A DNA stretch of 64,000 bases from an uncultured Acidimicrobiaceae bacterium (GCA_963742035.1 CAVUKH010000008.1:142504-206503); one strand, 5' to 3'. Shown: positions 9,748 to 19,341, numbered from the stretch's first letter. The notes: generated by a model from the sequence alone, not told the origin. Numbers and translations: made by a program.

Positions 9748-10832
9748 GTGGCGACGTGGAGCAGGGCCAGAGCGTCGACGTCGAGCGCGTGTTGGGCGTG
9801 GCGGCTCGAGCTCGTGAGGAACATCAGGTCCCCCCGGTCCGTGCGCTGGACGACCATGGACGCCACGATCGCCATCAGGAGTCCGGCGAACGTGTCGCGC
9901 CGGGTGTCGGCCCGCAGCTGCTCCAGCGTGTAGCCGTAGACACCGCCTCGGCACAGAGCGTCGTGATAGTGCTCCAGCAGCTCGGGCTCGTGGGCCCGAC
10001 GATCCTCCGCCGTGAGGCAACCGCCGATGAAGTAGGCCACGTCAATGGACGCACCGGCCCACGCCACGGTCTGCCAGTCGACGACCACGGGTCGCGGCGT
10101 CTCCGGTTGGAACAAGAGGTTGTCGAGGCGAAAGTCGCCGTGGCTGACCGTGCGCGGTCCGCTCCGCAGCTGCAGATACACCGGCAGGCGCTCGACGAAG
10201 GTGCGGCACACGGCCTGGTGCTCGGGGGCCAGCGTGTCCGCGTATCGCTCCAGGAAGCCCGGGAGGAGCGAAGAGACGAGGGCGACCAGGAATCCGTCGG
10301 ATTCGGGCGTGTTCCGGTTCAGCCACTCCAGGTTCTCCAGTTCGGGTGCCTCCCAGCACGGCGCATGCAGACCGGCCATCTCCCGGAGGACGGCCGCCGC
10401 CACGTCCGGGGTACAGGCCGCGATCTGATCGCCCTGGGTGGCACCCGCGATGTCCTCCATCAACAGGGTGAACCATCCGGTTTCGGGGTCCACCTCGGCC
10501 AGATAGACCGCCGGCAGACGGGCAGCGACCCGGGAGGCGACGTCCCGGTAGAAGCGGACCTCAACCTCGTAGGCCCGCAAGGCGAGACCGGTCCCGCGAC
10601 TCTGCTCGTCGGCCGAGGCGAACTTGCCGACGACGCTGGAGGGTCCGGCTCCCGGTTGGTCGAGCGTCAGGGTGAAGCGCGTCGTGTCGGCCATTTGGCC
10701 GGTCCCAATGGCCGTCGTCTCGAATGAGCGCACGGAGACACCCTCGGCCACTGCCCCGGCCTGCCGCAGGGCATCGGTCAGCCACTCGGGAGTGACATCG
10801 GTGGCATGGCGCAGGAGTGACGGCGGACGCAT
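9744..10832 (-). CDS. phosphotransferase enzyme family protein (APH/choline-kinase fold)
   Basis: Catalytic-loop motif SHGDFRLDNLLF followed by VVDWQ. N-terminal nucleotide-binding lobe with VVGKF. Confidence 0.8.
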   Translation of the reverse strand: MRPPSLLRHATDVTPEWLTDALRQAGAVAEGVSVRSFETTAIGTGQMADTTRFTLTLDQPGAGPSSVVGKFASADEQSRGTGLALRAYEVEVRFYRDVASRVAARLPAVYLAEVDPETGWFTLLMEDIAGATQGDQIAACTPDVAAAVLREMAGLHAPCWEAPELENLEWLNRNTPESDGFLVALVSSLLPGFLERYADTLAPEHQAVCRTFVERLPVYLQLRSGPRTVSHGDFRLDNLLFQPETPRPVVVDWQTVAWAGASIDVAYFIGGCLTAEDRRAHEPELLEHYHDALCRGGVYGYTLEQLRADTRRDTFAGLLMAIVASMVVQRTDRGDLMFLTSSSRHAQHALDVDALALLHVAT

Positions 10833-10894
10833 GGGAGGTTGACACTATGGCCCGACCTACGGGTCGCGCGGGGAACCGTCGTCTGGTCGAGGAC

Positions 10895-12262
10895 TCAGAG
10901 ACGTTCGGCCCGCGCCAGCTCCTCGATCGGATGCGGTGCGTGCCCGTTGGTCTCGGACGCGTGCGACTTCGTGCCCGGATCGTGCAGGACGATCTGGTTT
11001 CGTCCGGAGCGCTTGGCCACCAGCAGCGCGTCGTCGGCGCGGCGGAGGGCGGCCGCCAGCTCCTCTCCGGGCTCAATCTCGGTGATTCCGAAGCTGCAAG
11101 TGAACTTGGGCAGCCCGCCGACCGTGATGGCGGCATCGAGCTGGTTCTGCACGGTAGTGAGCGCCCGGGTGGCGTCCACCGCCGAGCAGTCGGGGAAGGC
11201 GATGGCGAACTCCTCGCCGCCGTACCGTGAGACCAGGTCGTGTCCCCGCAGTGCGTCGCGCAGGACACGGGCGAAGAGGCGCAACGCCCTGTCACCGGTC
11301 TCGTGTCCGTAGGTGTCGTTCAGGTTCTTGAAGTGGTCGAGATCGGCCATGGCCACTGCCACGGGGTGGAGATCGTGGGGCACTGCGGCGACCTTCTCGG
11401 AGAACGAGCGTCGATTGAGCAGTCCTGTCAGCGTGTCGGTCGACGCCTGTAGCTGCGTCTCCGCCATGACCCTCAGTAACCCGATCCGCGCCCCACCCAA
11501 TTTGGCCAGCGTCGTCAGATCCTGAATTTGGGAGTCCTCGACGGCGGCCTCGGGCTTGTCGGTGGCATGGATGACCCCGACCGTCCTCCCCATGATGGAG
11601 ACCGGAACGCACAGGGCGGAGAGGCGGCCCTGCGGTCGGTTACGGAGCTTGGGGCATGCATCGAGATGGTCGCTGTCGCCGAAGACCTGTACCTGGGCCC
11701 TCCGGGCCGCGGGGCAGCGGTCAGGGGAGTCGACACTGCACGAGGGCAGTTCGCCGTCGGGCCCGACGCCGGCCATGCGCAGAAGGTGGGCGTGGCTGTT
11801 GTCGGCCAGGAGGAGCTCGACCGGCGCGTCGGGGACAACGGCCGCGAAGGACCGCTCAATGACGTCGATGACTTCGGGCTCACCTTCGGCCATGTCGAGG
11901 GCGTTGGCCAGGCGACTCTCGAAACGCTGGCGCTGCCCCTGCACCTCTCGAGTGATCCCCTCGCGGTCGGCGATCTCGATCGCCTCGCTGAGCTCGTGGG
12001 TCAGCGCCCGCACCTTGTCGTCGGTCTTCAGCTGCTGGCGGTCGCTGATGATGACAAGTAGGTAGATGAGTGGGAGGAGGAGGGCCATGAGGACACCCGC
12101 CGTCACCGCATAGGCGCTGACACCCGACCCGAATGACCGACCGATGGCGACGGCCGGCACGGTGAGCAAGCCGAGGACCACGAGTCCCGCCAGAGGGCTG
12201 ATGAAGCGGAGGCGCCTGGCTTTCGCCATCTCGCCATGCCATTCCTCTTCTGTGACCATCAC
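10895..12262 (-). CDS. membrane-anchored GAF-domain diguanylate cyclase (GGDEF)
   Basis: Two N-terminal TM segments and a central GAF-like region. The GGDEF domain carries LTGLLNRRSF and an active site RYGGEEFAIAF. Confidence 0.9.
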   Translation of the reverse strand: MMVTEEEWHGEMAKARRLRFISPLAGLVVLGLLTVPAVAIGRSFGSGVSAYAVTAGVLMALLLPLIYLLVIISDRQQLKTDDKVRALTHELSEAIEIADREGITREVQGQRQRFESRLANALDMAEGEPEVIDVIERSFAAVVPDAPVELLLADNSHAHLLRMAGVGPDGELPSCSVDSPDRCPAARRAQVQVFGDSDHLDACPKLRNRPQGRLSALCVPVSIMGRTVGVIHATDKPEAAVEDSQIQDLTTLAKLGGARIGLLRVMAETQLQASTDTLTGLLNRRSFSEKVAAVPHDLHPVAVAMADLDHFKNLNDTYGHETGDRALRLFARVLRDALRGHDLVSRYGGEEFAIAFPDCSAVDATRALTTVQNQLDAAITVGGLPKFTCSFGITEIEPGEELAAALRRADDALLVAKRSGRNQIVLHDPGTKSHASETNGHAPHPIEELARAERL

Positions 12263-12576
12263 CCGACCCCTTCACGCGGCGGCGCGGCGCACCCGAATGG
12301 CCGCGGCCGGCCGGAACGACCCGCACAGCCCAGCGGAATCCGCCACTGAGATTGTCGGCAGCAACCGGGGGATCTTTAGGGGATCGGGAAGCCGGGCCCG
12401 ACCCGTCGAGATGAGCCACCGAGCCGCGAACACCCTGGTGGATCGATTGAATTGGGTAACGCTGGAGGAGGTTGCTCCACTCCATCCGGCGACGAGCCGG
12501 CCATCGGATCGGTGCCCGAGATCAATCGGGCCTGAGGCCGCCCGACATCATTCCGACCGATCCGTGGATCCCACAG

Positions 12577-14130
12577 CTAGGTACTCGGTGGCGTCGCCGT
12601 ACATCCGACACACGGCCCGAGTCCGTTGAAGTAGGCCGGGATGCTCGGCGAGTCCGTAGCAGGGTTGGTCGGGAGGAGAACCGGGGCCCGCGGTGTCTGG
12701 TTGAAGTCGAAATCGTTGACCATGTTGCCCAGGATCTTCTCGTCCTCCCGGACGTCGGGCCTGGGATCCGGTCGCTTGTCGGTCTTGGGATTGAGCCGGG
12801 ACCCACCTAGGAAATCGTCCTCGATGAACTTGAGGTAGGCATCGCTCGAGAGGGTTTGGTGATCGATGTACCCGGATTTGGCGTAGGGCGAGATCACCAG
12901 GGCTGGGACCCGCAGCCCGTAGCCGTTCTGGTCGACCGGAGGCGGCACGACGTTGTCGTAGAAGCCACCCCAGTCGTCCCACTGCAAGAAGATGGCGGTT
13001 GAGTCCCAGTCGGGGCTCTTCATGGCTGCATTGATCACCGCGGTCACATAGGCCTGTCCCTGATGGACACTGGCCGGTGGGTGCTCGCTGTCGGCCTGGG
13101 AGGGCGTGACCCACATGACCGACGGCAGGGTCCCCTTCTTGGCTTCGGCGAAGTAGTTGTTCAGCGGCTGGATGTTACGGATCTGGTGGTCCTTCTGGAC
13201 GTCCTCGAAGATGGGAAGGGGGTTCCAGATGCCCGGGGTGAGATAACTCTGGGCCACGGGCGGGCACGCCACTGCCGAGTCGTTGTCGCAGTCGGGTTGG
13301 TCACCGGTCTGGACGTAGTAGGCCCACGAGATGTGCTTGTTGTAGAGGAGCCAGGTGATATCGGTCCAGGCGTTGGTCACGTCGGCCGTACCGGTATTGA
13401 TGGCCTGGTCCACGTACCGCTGCATCTGGGCCGGCGTGTAGGGACCCCTGATCTCGTTCACGCAACTCGAGGGAGCGGGGCTCGAGCACTTGGCCGACCA
13501 TCCCGATACCAGGTAGAGGTGATCGGGCAGCGACCACGACGCGACCGGCTCGAACATGTGGTCGTCGAGAGCGAAGTCCTTGGCGTAGGTCCAGTAGTTG
13601 GGGATCTCGGCCGCGGAGTGATAGCCCATGACGTCGACACTGGCGGCGTTCGAACAGGCCGGATTGTCGACATTGGCACCGCAGCCTTTTTTGGCGCCTG
13701 ACGCCGAGGCGATGAAGCCATCCATCTTGCCGCCGTCGACGTCCCTCTTCGCGTTGGCCTCACCGTGCGGCCCGCCTCCGTTGACGTCCGCCGTGTCGTG
13801 GTAGGGGGCTTGGCAGCCACCCGTCGGGATGGGCACGCAGACTGTCGACACGCCGTCCTTCATCGGAAGGCCGTCAGCCCCCGGGTAGGTGCCGAAGTAG
13901 CTGTCGAACGAGCGGTTCTCCTGTTCGATCACGATGATGTGCTTGATCTTGTGGATACCGGCTGCCACGACATAGTGACCCGTCGGACCACCGCTCACTC
14001 GCTCAGGGGAGGCCGCCGGCTGCGAGGGCGAGCTGCTGCAGGCGCTGAGCGCCAGCGCCAGGACAGGGACGACGCCCAGGGCGATGGCGGCGACGCCGCG
14101 CCGTCGGGGTGGTCTCGTCTGTCCCTTCAC
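12577..14130 (-). CDS. phosphoesterase family protein (non-hemolytic phospholipase C / AcpA-like), probable Tat/lipoprotein
   Basis: IIVIEQENRSFDSYFGTYPGADG is the hallmark of the phosphoesterase (PLC/AcpA) family. The N-terminus has PRRRG followed by LALALSAC, a lipobox-like motif. Confidence 0.85.
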   Translation of the reverse strand: MKGQTRPPRRRGVAAIALGVVPVLALALSACSSSPSQPAASPERVSGGPTGHYVVAAGIHKIKHIIVIEQENRSFDSYFGTYPGADGLPMKDGVSTVCVPIPTGGCQAPYHDTADVNGGGPHGEANAKRDVDGGKMDGFIASASGAKKGCGANVDNPACSNAASVDVMGYHSAAEIPNYWTYAKDFALDDHMFEPVASWSLPDHLYLVSGWSAKCSSPAPSSCVNEIRGPYTPAQMQRYVDQAINTGTADVTNAWTDITWLLYNKHISWAYYVQTGDQPDCDNDSAVACPPVAQSYLTPGIWNPLPIFEDVQKDHQIRNIQPLNNYFAEAKKGTLPSVMWVTPSQADSEHPPASVHQGQAYVTAVINAAMKSPDWDSTAIFLQWDDWGGFYDNVVPPPVDQNGYGLRVPALVISPYAKSGYIDHQTLSSDAYLKFIEDDFLGGSRLNPKTDKRPDPRPDVREDEKILGNMVNDFDFNQTPRAPVLLPTNPATDSPSIPAYFNGLGPCVGCTATPPST

Positions 14131-14262
14131 GACTGTCCCCCTTTGCGTGAACCGGATGGGCGGAGTGAGTGGAGCATGGACGTTGCAACCCGCACCGTGT
14201 CACCTACGGGGCAGCAGCTGCAGTCGTGCGCGCCGTGGGGGACCAGGCCTTCGGCGCACGGT

Positions 14263-14330
14263 GAGGTCACGATGCTCCTGAGGTCACGATGCTCCTGAGG
14301 TCACGATGCTCCTGAGGTCAGGATGCTCGA
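14263..14330. repeat. 17-bp tandem repeat, 3 perfect copies plus 1 degenerate copy
   Basis: GAGGTCACGATGCTCCT at 14263, 14280 and 14297, then GAGGTCAGGATGCTCGA at 14314. Intergenic, between the phosphoesterase gene and the MarR gene. Confidence 0.95.
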
Positions 14331-14372
14331 CTGGCGACGAGTGCCGCATGCTCGCAGTATCGGCCGCCGGCC

Positions 14373-14401
14373 GCGAACTGTCAACCAAGTTCACAGTTCG
14401 C
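14373..14401. promoter_or_regulatory. 29-bp near-perfect palindrome, candidate MarR operator
   Basis: GCGAACTGTCAAC-CAA-GTTCACAGTTCGC. The 13-nt arms have one mismatch. It ends 14 nt upstream of the MarR ORF start. Confidence 0.6.
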
Positions 14402-14414
14402 TAACATCCTCCTC

Positions 14415-14912
14415 GTGGTCCCCGGCAACCGTCCATCGAGCGTGGTACCGACATCGGTGGGGCTCGGTGCGGCGCTCAGGCGCGCATGGCTCGGTTACCA
14501 GCTTCGGTTGGACCAGGCCATGGCCGAAGCGGGGTTCGGCGAACGAAGGTTCCCCGACGGCCGTGTCCTGCGAGTGTGCTCAGGTGCGGCGGGGACGACC
14601 ATCTCGGCCATAGGACGAGAGCTCGGCATCACCAGACAGGGCGCTGGCAAGGTCGTGGCACACCTGCGTGATCACGGCTATGTCCGGGTGACGGATTCGG
14701 CCGCCAGCAAGAGGGAGAAGTCGGTCGTGCTGACGCCCATGGGTGTCGACTACCTGGCGCACCAGCGCGCGGCGACCCAGGCGATCGAGGACGAAGTGCG
14801 GGCCGAACTCGGGGACGCGACGCTCACTGCGCTGGGCGCGTTGCTCGAGGCGTTGGATGCCGGGGAGGGGGTGCTCCTCCGCGCCTACCTTCGTCGCTCG
14901 TCGAGCATCTGA
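14415..14912 (+). CDS. MarR family transcriptional regulator
   Basis: Winged-HTH region ISAIGRELGITRQGAGKVVAHLRDHGYVRVTDSAASKREKSVVLTPMG. The start is uncertain: GTG 14415 has no obvious SD. Confidence 0.8.
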   Translation: MVPGNRPSSVVPTSVGLGAALRRAWLGYQLRLDQAMAEAGFGERRFPDGRVLRVCSGAAGTTISAIGRELGITRQGAGKVVAHLRDHGYVRVTDSAASKREKSVVLTPMGVDYLAHQRAATQAIEDEVRAELGDATLTALGALLEALDAGEGVLLRAYLRRSSSI

Positions 14913-15084
14913 CCCTGGGTCGGGGTGGCGACGTCGCGGCCACATCTCAGTTGATGAGATTCCCTCAAGCAACCGGTGAGACCGCCACAGCACATCGGAC
15001 GTGTCCTCGATGGTAGAGGTCTCGAGCACGGAAGACGATCCGGTAGCCGGCTCCACGTTGCGGTCCAACCCCAACCCCCTCTGG

Positions 15085-17106
15085 TCAGCGCTGGTCCCCT
15101 CCAAGGAGCGACAGCCTGTCACCGGCTTCGAGCACCAGATCGCCGGTCGGAGTCAGAACCTCACCACTGCGCGCGATCGAGGTGACCAGTGTGCCGTCTG
15201 GAAGGTCGGCGGCCCGCAGCGCTTGGCCAGCAAGGCCCGAACGCTCCGTGACCGCGAGCTCGAATGCACCGGTGGCGACCCCGAGCGCACTCACCCGCTG
15301 AGCCGAGGCCAATAACTCCGCACGGTAGGCGGCGACGACGTCCGAGATCGACATGGTCCCGACGACTCGCCGCTCGTCGTCGAGAACACTCACCCAGGAC
15401 ATGTCCGCAGACGTGATCGCCTCCAACGCGGCGTCGAGTCGGCTGTCCGTCGTGACGACGGGTGCGCCCGCGTCCGCCACGTCACCAACTCGAATCCCCG
15501 GATGCGCCGAGTTCACGAGCTCGATCACGGCGACCGTGCCCTCAAAACGCCCAGCCGCGTCGACCACGGGCGCGCCGCTGACGCCGGCCGCCTGGCTGAG
15601 TTCGACGGCTTCGCTCGCCGACGCCGAGTTGGGCAGCACAAGCCGAGGGGCGGCCATGGCGTGTGCCGTAGGGATGGTCGCCAGCAAGGGCAGCCCAGCG
15701 GTGAGGCGACGCGCTTCGGTGTCGGCGCGGCTGCGGATCTGACTCCGATAGATGGTGTCGTCGAAGTGGTGCACGATCAGCCATGCCAGACCGACCCCGA
15801 CCAGAGCAGGCGTGAGGATCGAGAGACTTCCTGTCATCTCGGCCACCATCAACATCACCGCCAGAGGCGCCCGCGAGATGCTGCCGAAGCAGCACATCAT
15901 GCCCACGATGACATAGGGCGAAGGATCGTGACCCATCGAAGGCGCGATGGGCTCGAAGAGTCGCCACACCGCCCCGCCCATGAAGGCGCCGATCACCATG
16001 CCAGGCCCGAAGATCCCACCTGATCCACCACTGCCGATGGAGAGTCCGGTCGCCACGATGCGAGCGAAGGGCACAATGAGGACGATCCACAGAGGGATGC
16101 CCAGCAGCTCGGGCCCGAGCGACTTCTGGATCCAGCCATACCCGGTACCGAGGACCTCTGGGATGGCGATCCCGATCGCGCCCACCATCAGGCCGCCGAT
16201 AGCTGGCTTGATCCACTTCGGCAGACGGGGAACGGCGGCCGAGATCTGGGCGATGCCGTAGAACCCCTTGGCATAGAGGATGCCCATCAGGCCTCCAAGG
16301 ATGCCGATGAGGGCGAACCACCCGAGCTGCGCAGGATCACCGAATCGGTACGAGCCCACGTAACCGAAAAGTGGGCCGAAGCCTTCGACCGATCCGAAGA
16401 CGGCATAGCTGACCGACGACGCGATGAAGCAGGGCAATAATGCAGCCGGGTCGAAGTCGTCGCGGTAGAGAATTTCGGCGGCCAGCACGGCTCCACCGAG
16501 CGGTGCTCCGAAGATTGCACCGATACCTGAGCCAATCCCGGTGGCCACCGCGATACGACCGTCCGCTGGATCGAGGTCGAGCACGCGCGTCAGCAACGAG
16601 CCGAACCCTGCGCCGATCTGGCCCGTCGGGCCCTCGCGTCCGCCCGAACCACCCGAGCCGACGGTGAGAGCCGATGCGACGATCTTCACGATCACCGCGC
16701 GGAAGCGCACGCCCTTGGGATTGTGGTGCACTGCCGAGATGGCGGCGTCCGTACCGTGGCCTTCGGCTTCGGGGGCGAAGCGGTAGACCAACATCGCGCC
16801 GAGAAGCGCACCGGAGCCCGCTACCAATGGAAGGGCCCACGGCCGGGCTGCGTGAGCGGATCCGGCGGCGTGCCCCTCCGCCGCTGGCGTTGGCACGCTG
16901 TAGCCGGCCAGGATCTCCAAGAAGAAGTGGGTGCAGAAGCGCAGCGCCTCGTAGAAGACAACGGCGCCGAGCCCTGCGATGGCGCCGATCGTGACGCCGA
17001 CGATGATCCAACGCTGTAGATACGACGCCGAACGAAGCCACCGACCAACCGCTGCAGCGCTGCCGCGGGCGCGAACCGAGCGGCCCGGATGGGGGGTCAC
17101 GCCCAT
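15085..17106 (-). CDS. ClC-type voltage-gated chloride channel/antiporter with C-terminal CBS pair and TrkA-C-like domain
   Basis: ClC selectivity motifs GSGGREGP and GIFGP. The C-terminal region has CBS-like repeats and ends with a TrkA-C-like segment (LVTSIARSGEVLTPTGDLVLEAGDRLSLLG). Confidence 0.9.
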   Translation of the reverse strand: MGVTPHPGRSVRARGSAAAVGRWLRSASYLQRWIIVGVTIGAIAGLGAVVFYEALRFCTHFFLEILAGYSVPTPAAEGHAAGSAHAARPWALPLVAGSGALLGAMLVYRFAPEAEGHGTDAAISAVHHNPKGVRFRAVIVKIVASALTVGSGGSGGREGPTGQIGAGFGSLLTRVLDLDPADGRIAVATGIGSGIGAIFGAPLGGAVLAAEILYRDDFDPAALLPCFIASSVSYAVFGSVEGFGPLFGYVGSYRFGDPAQLGWFALIGILGGLMGILYAKGFYGIAQISAAVPRLPKWIKPAIGGLMVGAIGIAIPEVLGTGYGWIQKSLGPELLGIPLWIVLIVPFARIVATGLSIGSGGSGGIFGPGMVIGAFMGGAVWRLFEPIAPSMGHDPSPYVIVGMMCCFGSISRAPLAVMLMVAEMTGSLSILTPALVGVGLAWLIVHHFDDTIYRSQIRSRADTEARRLTAGLPLLATIPTAHAMAAPRLVLPNSASASEAVELSQAAGVSGAPVVDAAGRFEGTVAVIELVNSAHPGIRVGDVADAGAPVVTTDSRLDAALEAITSADMSWVSVLDDERRVVGTMSISDVVAAYRAELLASAQRVSALGVATGAFELAVTERSGLAGQALRAADLPDGTLVTSIARSGEVLTPTGDLVLEAGDRLSLLGGDQR

Positions 17107-17129
17107 CCCGTCCTCGCCCGGACGCGAAC

Positions 17130-17615
17130 TCAGAGGTCCCAGCCCGTGCTCCAGTCCTGCTCGGGCACTTCACCCGCGGTCTCGCCCAAGTGTCTCAGCG
17201 CGTCGACGACCCCTCCCCGGGACTCGCTGGGGATGGTGGCGACGAGTTGCTCGATCTCGGCGCGGCGCCGAACCGTCACCGCGTCGACCAGGCGCCGGCC
17301 CCCCGGGGACAGGGCAATGCGGACCTGGCGCCGGTCGCGCCGGTCGGTTCGACGTGTCACGAGGCCCTTTTTGACCAGGCGGTCGCACATTCTCGAGGCG
17401 GTGGGGGGAGTGACCGAGACGGCGTCGGCCAGTGCGGCGACGCCCTGAGGGCCTCGAGAGGCCAGCACAACCAGAGAGCGGTACTGGGTGAGGGTGACCT
17501 CTTCTCCCACGTCAGCGAGGGAGCGTGCCGCGACGGCGACCAGTACCCGGCTGGCGCTGAGCACGGCATCGACCAGCTGGTCTTCAGAGTGAGAGGCGAC
17601 CAGAAGCTCTTGCAT
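17130..17615 (-). CDS. MarR family transcriptional regulator (upstream of ClC, 23-nt gap)
   Basis: ORF 17130..17750 trimmed to ATG 17615 (MQELLVASHSEDQLVDAV). wHTH region LADAVSVTPPTASRMCDRLVKKGLVTRRTDRRDRRQVRIALSPGG. Confidence 0.85.
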   Translation of the reverse strand: MQELLVASHSEDQLVDAVLSASRVLVAVAARSLADVGEEVTLTQYRSLVVLASRGPQGVAALADAVSVTPPTASRMCDRLVKKGLVTRRTDRRDRRQVRIALSPGGRRLVDAVTVRRRAEIEQLVATIPSESRGGVVDALRHLGETAGEVPEQDWSTGWDL

Positions 17616-18126
17616 ATGACAACTATTGTGCAGGCTATGGATCTCCGGCGCAAGCTGGTGCTCCTGGGAGCTGGGAGCGTTGTGTCGACGGCGTCGCGCT
17701 CGGAGTGGGGTTTCCGTCCGGTGTGAGCCCCGCCGGTCCACCGCCGGCATCCATCGGCGAGGCGATGGTCCGCGCCGTCCAGTCCGGCCATCTCGAAGCG
17801 TCCTTCGGCGATCAGGACGGCCGGCGCGTCACCTCGGACAGCTTTGACGGCAAGGCCGGCGTCTCGGTGACCCTGATCGCTTCGCGTCAGGTGGAATGCC
17901 CATCAAGCCCCGGCGCTCGACACCCTTGGAGGCAGCCGCACGCGCGAGGCACCTCGAGACAAGGGGCCATTGTCGAGGCGACTGTCTCATCCGGGCGAGA
18001 CACAGCGGGTGGCCGACTACGCCCAGCGATATCGAGACAGGAACGACTTCCGTCTCAAGTGCGCCGACCCGAAGTCTCAGGCAGACCGACCTGCACGACG
18101 GGTCAGATCCTCTTCTCCCCAGTCGA

Positions 18127-19341
18127 TCAGTTGATGTGAATCCCCGAGATGGCCCGGGAGATCACGAGGCGCTGGATCTCGGACGTCCCTTCGAAGATGG
18201 TGTAGATCTTTGAGTCACGGTGCCACTGCTCGACGGGGTTCTCCCGGACGTAGCCGTAGCCACCGAGGATCTGGATCGCCTGGTCGGTCACCCAGACGGC
18301 GTTCTCGCCGGCGTAGAGCTTGGACATGGAGCCCTCGCCGTTTTCGAACTTCTTGCCCGTGCTGGCCATGTTGGCGGCGCGGTGCACCAGCAGCCGGGCG
18401 GCGTCGGTGTGCATCTTCATGTCGGCCAGCTTGAAGGCGATGGCCTGGTTCTCGATGATGGCCCGGCCGAACTGCTTGCGTTCCTTGGCGTACTCGAGGG
18501 CGTACTCGTAGGCGGCCCGGGCAATACCCACAGCCTGCGCGCCGACAATGGGCCGGGACGCCTCGAAGGTGGCCATGGCAGCCTGCGTGGAGGTCTTCTT
18601 CCCCTCCTTGGCGCGGGCCAGGCGCTCGTCGAGCTTCTCCTTGCCACCGAGGAGGCAGCGCCCCGGTACCCGGCAGTCCTGGAGGACGACCTCGGCGGTG
18701 TGCGACGCCCGGATCCCCATCTTCTTGAACTTCTGGCCCTGGGAGATGCCGGGCGTTCCCTCCGGCACCACGAAGCTGGCCTGGCCGCGGCTCCCGAGCG
18801 ACGGGTCGACCGAGAGAACCAGCACGTGGGTGTTGGCGATGCCCCCGTTGGTGATCCACGTCTTCGTGCCGTTGAGCACCCACTCGTCCTTGGCCTCGTC
18901 GTAGACCGCCCGCGACTTCAGCGACGAGACGTCCGAACCCGCGTCGGGCTCGGAGACGCCGAACGCCGCCAGCTTGACGTCGTCGGGCGTGCCGAAGCAC
19001 TGGGGGATCCATTCGCCGATCTGGTCGGACGTCCCGTTGGCGAAGATCCCGGCCACGGCCAGGGTCGAGCCGAAGATCGCCAACGCGATGCCGGCATCGC
19101 CCCAGCTCATCTCCTCGTTGACCAGGCACATGAGCAGGCCGGTCGGGTCCGAGAAGCACTGGGCGACGAAGTCGAAGGAGTACAGGCCGTTCTTGGCCGC
19201 CTCTTCGATGATGGGCCAGGGGGTCTCCTCCCGCTCGTCCCATTCGGGGCCTGCTGGACGCACGACGTTCTCGGCGAACTCGTGCACCCACTTGACGATC
19301 TGGAGCTGGTCCTCGTTCAGCTCGAGGGAGTAGTCGGACAT
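18127..19341 (-). CDS. acyl-CoA dehydrogenase
   Basis: 3' part of ORF 18127..20358 from ATG 19341 (MSDYSLELNEDQLQIVKWVHEFAE). It has GVSEPDAGSD, WITNGG and a C-terminal YTIFEGTSEIQRLVISR. Confidence 0.9.
   Translation of the reverse strand: MSDYSLELNEDQLQIVKWVHEFAENVVRPAGPEWDEREETPWPIIEEAAKNGLYSFDFVAQCFSDPTGLLMCLVNEEMSWGDAGIALAIFGSTLAVAGIFANGTSDQIGEWIPQCFGTPDDVKLAAFGVSEPDAGSDVSSLKSRAVYDEAKDEWVLNGTKTWITNGGIANTHVLVLSVDPSLGSRGQASFVVPEGTPGISQGQKFKKMGIRASHTAEVVLQDCRVPGRCLLGGKEKLDERLARAKEGKKTSTQAAMATFEASRPIVGAQAVGIARAAYEYALEYAKERKQFGRAIIENQAIAFKLADMKMHTDAARLLVHRAANMASTGKKFENGEGSMSKLYAGENAVWVTDQAIQILGGYGYVRENPVEQWHRDSKIYTIFEGTSEIQRLVISRAISGIHIN

Noticed and set aside
14263-14330. Tandem repeats (also 61592-61703) as a possible CRISPR array.
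   Set aside because: The units are contiguous with no spacers. Their periods of 17 and 6 nt are far below CRISPR repeat size. No cas genes are present.
17357-17791. 144-aa minus ORF, and other short frames in the 17616-18126 gap, as a degraded gene.
   Set aside because: Short stretches (for example VLIAEGRFEMAGLDGADHRL) look vaguely protein-like. However, every frame is interrupted by stops within ~50 codons and no family motif was recognisable. The region is left unannotated and flagged as a gap.
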